This document shows positions 38,930-44,329 of a DNA stretch of 44,329 bases, in pieces. The stretch covers positions 110,486,968 through 110,531,296 of the forward strand of contig NC_068981.1 in the NCBI RefSeq assembly GCF_001194135.2, written 5' to 3'. Under the pieces are notes generated by a model that did no database searches, was not told where the DNA came from, and saw nothing but the letters and a program-made list of their open reading frames with translations. Source of the stretch: Octopus bimaculoides (lineage: Eukaryota). The first letter of the stretch is position 1; every line of letters begins with the position of its first letter. The position numbers and the translations under genes were made by a program.

Positions 38930-39113
38930 GCCAATACATACATACATACATACATACATACATACATACATACATGCATACATGCATACATACATACAAA
39001 CACACATACATACATACATACATAGACACACACACACACATACATACATACATACATGCATACACACATACATACTATAAATAATATATATATGCATATA
39101 TATATACATATAC

Positions 39114-39153
<40 letters not shown>

Positions 39154-39160
39154 ATATATA
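38930..39160. repeat. (TACA)n/(CA)n/(TA)n/(TG)n microsatellite cluster
   Basis: Read directly. Confidence 0.95.
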
Positions 39161-40181
39161 GGTACAGGACGTCACAAACAGTAAGCAACATGAAATACGA
39201 GAACAAATGAGTTGAATACGCAAACAATGAGAAACAAATGGGAAACAGGACAAGTAACATAAAGAACGACCCTTCATCAGTTGTCGGCTGCCTATCTACT
39301 CCTCATTTCGAGCATTGAACGACAATATGAGTCTTCGAAGGCAGTTGCTCCCACAGAAGCCAAAATAAAATTTTGGATTTATGGAGGGTCAAAGTTAGGA
39401 ATAAAAACAGGACAATGGAAACATACAAGGAAACCGAATGAAAACAAACATGGAGGGTCGTAATAGACCAGACGAAGGTAAAATAGTGAATGCTGGAGAA
39501 ATATTTTCTTTGACAAGAGAAAAGATAGAAGAGAGAGAAGAGAGATAGATAGGATATGTCCAACCTCTATGACAGCCCTGAAAGAAAAGAAGGATGATCA
39601 CGTGAGGAAAAGAAAGATGGACGATGGTCACGTGCGAGCAACGAGAGAGAGTAAAAGTGAAAGAGGGAGAGAGAGAGAGAGAGAGGTAGAAAACGATGAA
39701 GGGGAGAAAAAAGGAATTACAGAAAGTATGAGAGAGAAAACGATAGGGGAAGAGATCAGTATAAGGTAGAGTCACATCAAAAAGATTAAGATAAACACTG
39801 ACTTGGAAATGGATGCGTGGCGTTCAATCAAATAATAATATAAATAATATATATATGCATNNNNNNNNNNNNNNNNNNNNNNNNNNNNNNNNNNNNNNNN
39901 NNNNNNNNNNNNNNNNNNNNNNNNNNNNNNNNNNNNNNNTATATATATATATATCTGTGTGTGTATGGGTACAGGACGTTATAAACAGTAAACAACATGA
40001 AATACGAGAACAAATGAGTTGAATACGCAAACAACGAGAGAAACAAATGGAAAACAGAACAGTAACATAAAGAACGACCCTTCATCAGTTGTCGGCTGCC
40101 TATCTACTCCTCATTTCGAGCATTGAAAGACAATATGAGTCTTCGAAGGCAGTTGCTCCCACAAAAGCCAAACTAAAATTT
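39161..40181. mobile_element. Element with ~213-bp direct repeats (possibly Penelope-related, non-coding)
   Basis: 39161-39373 recurs at 39968-40181 with scattered substitutions. Between them lie a purine-rich ~450-bp body, a microsatellite and a gap. Confidence 0.6.
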
Positions 40182-40194
40182 GATACATACATAC

Positions 40195-40790
40195 GTCTAT
40201 CATGGACCAACAACCGGATTACTACCTCCCACTTTGAAGGATATGCACTTGCAATCTAGAAATAGAAAATACCAACCAAATACCTGATGCACAAACGGGA
40301 CAAAGATGCAAGAGAAGCAGTAAAATGTGACAACCGATGCAGGCTTTGTGGAGTTAACACCGAAGATATCACCCACATCATACGTGGTTGTCCGAAAATG
40401 TCATCACGGTTTATCTACCGATGAAACATAATGTTGTAGCTAGGACACTGTATGACGAGATCCGTCGAAAGAAATAAGAACCCACAGTATGGTAGAAGTC
40501 ATAGCCACTCATAACAAAAGAGAGTACTAGTGGAATGTCCCAGTGAAAAACTCAATGAAATGTAAGCACAATAGACCTGCTATAATGATTTTGGACTGAG
40601 AAGAGAAACTGTGTACAGTTGTGGAAATCAGCTGCCCAGCGGATGTTAACATAAAGCTGAATATCAATGAAAAAGAGAATACTTTTGCTGAACTCTTGAG
40701 AAATCTGCAGTTGATAATGAAACTGCTACAGAAAGTGTCTACAGATATATTATTCTCTGTCTGGATAGTGTCAAGCTTGATACATACATA
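40195..40790 (+). mobile_element. R4-like LINE C-terminal fragment (CCHC finger plus RLE)
   Basis: TKYLMHKR..CRLCGVNTEDITHIIRGCPKMSSR, then KHNRPAIMILD*EEKLCTVVEISCPADVNI. Confidence 0.8.
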
Positions 40791-40967
40791 CATACATACA
40801 TATATTAATGTGTACGGGTATTTTCTATTTGAGGCTCCTGGTCTGAACAGTCACATGTTGATATGGAATACACTAGCTGATATACACCTATATAAACAGC
40901 AATGAAGCACACACGTACACACACATATACGTACACCCAGAACATGAGCGGAAATTTATCCACACAA

Positions 40968-41006
<39 letters not shown>

Positions 41007-41897
41007 TACACACACATCGATAAACTCAGACCTCCGCAAACCACAAAAAGTCCTGACTTAGACAAAAGAGCCATATGACTTTGTTAGTGAGCAACTTGAA
41101 TTCGGCAAAAGAAAAGAATTTAACCCCTAAGTAAAACATATTCATTCATTCATTCATAGATACTTATATACATACATTCATGTNNNNNNNNNNNNNNNNN
41201 NNNNNNNNNNNNNNNNNNNNNNNNNNNNNNNNNNNNNNNNNNNNNNNNNNNNNNNNNNNNNNNNNNNNNNNNNNNNNNNNNNNNNNNNNNNNNNNNNNNN
41301 NNNNNNNNNNNNNNNNNNNNNNNNNNNNNNNNNNNNNNNNNNNNNNNNNNNNNNNNNNNNNNNNNNNNNNNNNNNNNNNNNNNNNNNNNNNNNNNNNNNN
41401 NNNNNNNNNNNNNNNNNNNNNNNNNNNNNNNNNNNNNNNNNNNNNNNNNNNNNNNNNNNNNNNNNNNNNNNNNNNNNNNNNNNNNNNNNNNNNNNNNNNN
41501 NNNNNNNNNNNNNNNNNNNNNNNNNNNNNNNNNNNNNNNNNNNNNNNNNNNNNNNNNNNNNNNNNNNNNNNNNNNNNNNNNNNNNNNNNNNNNNNNNNNN
41601 NNNNNNNNNNNNNNNNNNNNNNNNNNNNNNNNNNNNNNNNNNNNNNNNNNNNNNNNNNNNNNNNNNNNNNNNNNNNNNNNNNNNNNNNNNNNNNNNNNNN
41701 NNNNNNNNNNNNNNNNNNNNNNNNNNNNNNNNNNNNNNNNNNNNNNNNNNNNNNNNNNNNNNNNNNNNNNNNNNNNNNNNNNNNNNNNNNNNNNNNNNNN
41801 NNNNNNNNNNNNNNNNNNNNNNNNNNNNNNNNNNNNNNNNNNNNNNNNNNNNNNNNNNNNNNNNNNNNNNNNNNNNNNNNNNNNNNNNNNNNNNNNN

Positions 41898-41970
41898 CCC
41901 AACCCTAACCCTAAAACCGTAACCCTAACTCTAAAACCCGAACCCTAACCCTAAAACCCTAAACCCTTAC
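41898..41970 (+). repeat. Degenerate (CCCTAA)n array with 20-bp higher-order unit
   Basis: AACCCTAACCCTAAAACCGT / AACCCTAACTCTAAAACCCG / AACCCTAACCCTAAAACCCT at 41901-41960, directly after gap N41184-41897. Confidence 0.9.
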
Positions 41971-42280
41971 TAGGGAATAACGATCTTGACACCGGCAAAC
42001 ATTATTGTTTACAAAAACAGCAGTAACTATATTCAGCTGAATAGACGTCAGTGATTGGTTGAAATTACAGAAATACGACAACTTTAACATGAAATAACTT
42101 GCGATGTACAATTTTTTGTTAAGAAGGCTAAGAGAAAAAGTTGTTTTATATGACACATTCTACCAGTATCCCAAGTTTGAAAGTGTTTCGTTAAGAAAAC
42201 AAGTGGTTCCCGTCAATTCAGAAAAATCCGAGATTTCTTTTGGTCTCCGAAAATGCAGAGTCCGATAAGTACCGTATATG
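41898..42280. mobile_element. Relative of the 13818-14139 telomere-repeat-bearing element
   Basis: Shared motifs, including GTCAGTGATTGGTTGAAATTA at ~42047. Confidence 0.55.
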
Positions 42281-42379
42281 AATCTATGATATTGGTTTAT
42301 AACCATACGTTTTCGGGGAGAGTGTGTAAGCATTTCCAGAAAATCTGCCAGTGAAGATGGTAAAAAGAAGATGGTAAAC

Positions 42380-42732
42380 GATGGTAAGAGAAGCCCTTAC
42401 ATCGGAATGACAACAGAAAAATGATGGTATAGGTATATGCAAGAAAAGATCTCAGAAAATGATTAAACAACCATACTCTGGGATATGCCAATGCACACAC
42501 ATATAGTTGTCAGAGATGACCAAGAAAAATGCCTTATAATCGACGTATCAGTCTCAGCAGATGATAATGTATCTCTAAAAGAAAGGGAGAAACTTTCAAT
42601 ATACAAAAATCTGGAAAAAGAGACAATCCGAATGTAGAGTCTAAAAACAGAAACAACCCCTATTATGATAGGTGCATTGAGTATGATTAAAAAACATTCA
42701 GATAAATACATAGCCAAAACATCAGGACTTAC

Positions 42733-42775
<43 letters not shown>

Positions 42776-42992
42776 NNNNNNNNNNNNNNNNNNNNNNNNN
42801 NNNNNNNNNNNNNNNNNNNNNNNNNNNNNNNNNNNNNNNNNNNNNNGAGAAACTTTCAATATACAAAAATCTGGAAAAAGAGACAATCCGAATGTAGAGT
42901 CTAAAAACAGAAACAACCCCTATTATGATAGGTGCATTGAGTATGATTAAAAAACATTCAGATAAATACATAGCCAAAACATCAGGACTTAC

Positions 42993-43037
<45 letters not shown>

Positions 43038-43175
43038 AGCACTACTAGGCACCGCATTTTCAATACAGTGAAAATAGCAACACTAAAACAAACCACAGCA
43101 CATACCCAAGGCACACAGAGCTGCGCTCGCTAGTGCAGTGAGAGCAGGTAATAAAAACAAGACTACTGAAATATA
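42380..43175 (+). mobile_element. R4-like LINE 3' end (RLE), split by a (TA)n expansion and an assembly duplication
   Basis: TTILWDMP..IVVRDDQEKCLIIDVSV..DNVSLKEREKLSIYKNLE..PIMIGALSMIKK..GLTNIY[(TA)n]..IALLGTA, then 3' UTR and an AAT-rich tail. 42587-42775 is repeated at 42847-43033. Confidence 0.8.
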
Positions 43176-43183
43176 ATATAATA

Positions 43184-43400
43184 ATGGTTTCAAATTTTGG
43201 CATAGGGCCAGCAGACTTTGAGGGAAGAAGGTAAATCGATTATATCGACCCCCATTACTTGACTGGTACTTATTTTATCGACCCCGAAAGGATGAAAGGT
43301 AAAGTCGACCTCAGCAGAATTTGAACTCAGAACATAAGGACAGACAAAATGCCGCTAAGCACTTTGTTCGGCGTGCTAACGATTCTGTCAGCTCGCTGCC
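43184..43400 (-). mobile_element. tRNA-derived SINE (family 1)
   Basis: Minus-strand head GGCAGCGAGCTGACAGAATCGTTAGCACGCC. Confidence 0.9.
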
Positions 43401-43410
43401 TTACAATAAT

Positions 43411-43628
43411 AACTCTTTCTACTATAGGCACAAGGCCTGAAATCTTGGGTGGGGGTGGGGGCTAGGCGATTACATCGACCCCAGTGCTCGACTAGTACTC
43501 ATTTTATCGACCTGAAAGGATAAATGGCAAAGTCGACCTCGGCGGCATTTTAACTCAGAACGTAAAGTAGGATGAAATGTCACTAAGCATTTTGTCAGGC
43601 GTGCTGACGATTCTATCAGCTCGCCACC
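43411..43628 (-). mobile_element. tRNA-derived SINE (family 1), tandem neighbour
   Basis: Minus-strand head GGTGGCGAGCTGATAGAATCGTCAGCACGCC; joined to the previous copy by TTACAATAAT. Confidence 0.9.
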
Positions 43629-44139
43629 TTAATAATAATTATTTCATTATTAGCCTTAAGGAATCAATAAATACTATGAATATACAGATGCTAACAACAT
43701 TGAAAATTAACAAAGTTATATAATGAACGTGGAAAGTAGTGAGGATGCTATAAAATAAACGGATTAAAAATTTAATAAAACAATAAATGAGTATAAAATG
43801 ATGAAAGACAACAATTAAAACGAAATATGCTATAATTTAAATCTGAAAAACATGTAAAATATTTTGGATTGCTTGCTTTGGGAACCCACTGGCTAAATTA
43901 GACCGGAGAATCTCACGACTCTGCCCTTCCACTATCCATCGTACTGACTTCTGGTCTACCAAAAGGCGTTTATGAGGATTTGGGTGAGAGGACAGTTTAG
44001 AAATATTCCAAAGTGTTCAAGTTCTCTTAGTTTCATGTATTTATAATACTACGTTGAGCTCTTACGAATATACTGTCTCTTGGCTCTTTACGTTCTAAAT
44101 ACAAATCCTCTCGCATCACTTGACAAATGGTGTTGGTTC

Positions 44140-44310
44140 GTTTACGTCCCTGTAACCTAACAGCTCGGCAAAAACGATCGATAAAATAAATGCCAGCCTT
44201 TATAAAAATAAGTACTTGGGGCAATTTGTTACACTAAATCTTTCAAAACAGTGCCCCAGCATGGCCTCACTCCAAATAAAAGGAGATAAGAAAGATAAGC
44301 ACTTAAGTAT
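44140..44310 (+). mobile_element. Family-2 SINE 3' half
   Basis: GTTTACGTCCCTGTAACCTAACAGCTCGGCAAAA...GTGCCCCAGCATGGCC matches the reverse complement of about 1757-1920. Confidence 0.7.
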
Positions 44311-44329
44311 AAATATATATATATATATA

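Noticed and set aside
42587-43033. Tandem duplication of an RLE segment
   Set aside because: Apparently identical copies on either side of gap N42776-42846, both ending in (TA)n; assembly artefact.

Overview
Eukaryotic, AT-rich, microsatellite-dense draft-assembly DNA with 11 N-gaps. The SINE families and repeat content look cephalopod, most likely Octopus; this is my recognition, not a database result. I find no intact host gene, RNA gene or CRISPR array. The window is a stack of decayed transposons. DNA transposons: a full-length Buster-type hAT (8-bp TSD ATCTATAG), a Helitron 3' half with Pif1 helicase plus non-autonomous Helitron ends, a mariner split by a 441-bp GG..CC MITE with an 8-bp TSD (Merlin-like), and an 826-bp TIR element carrying SAP and SWIM domains (ISL2EU-like) nested in a probable hAT MITE. 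Retroelements: four RTE pieces (one ending in three tandem C2H2 fingers), three Tx1/L1-like ORF1 remnants, six fragments of restriction-like-endonuclease LINEs (R4/Dong-like and HERO-like), a Penelope GIY-YIG remnant and several tRNA-derived SINEs. The most interesting patterns are retroelements chained through (AAT)n tracts, internally deleted LINEs, the triple-finger RTE tail, and telomere-type repeats attached in opposite orientations to one shared repeat body. Translations, alignments and family calls were made by eye; boundaries without a TSD are approximate.
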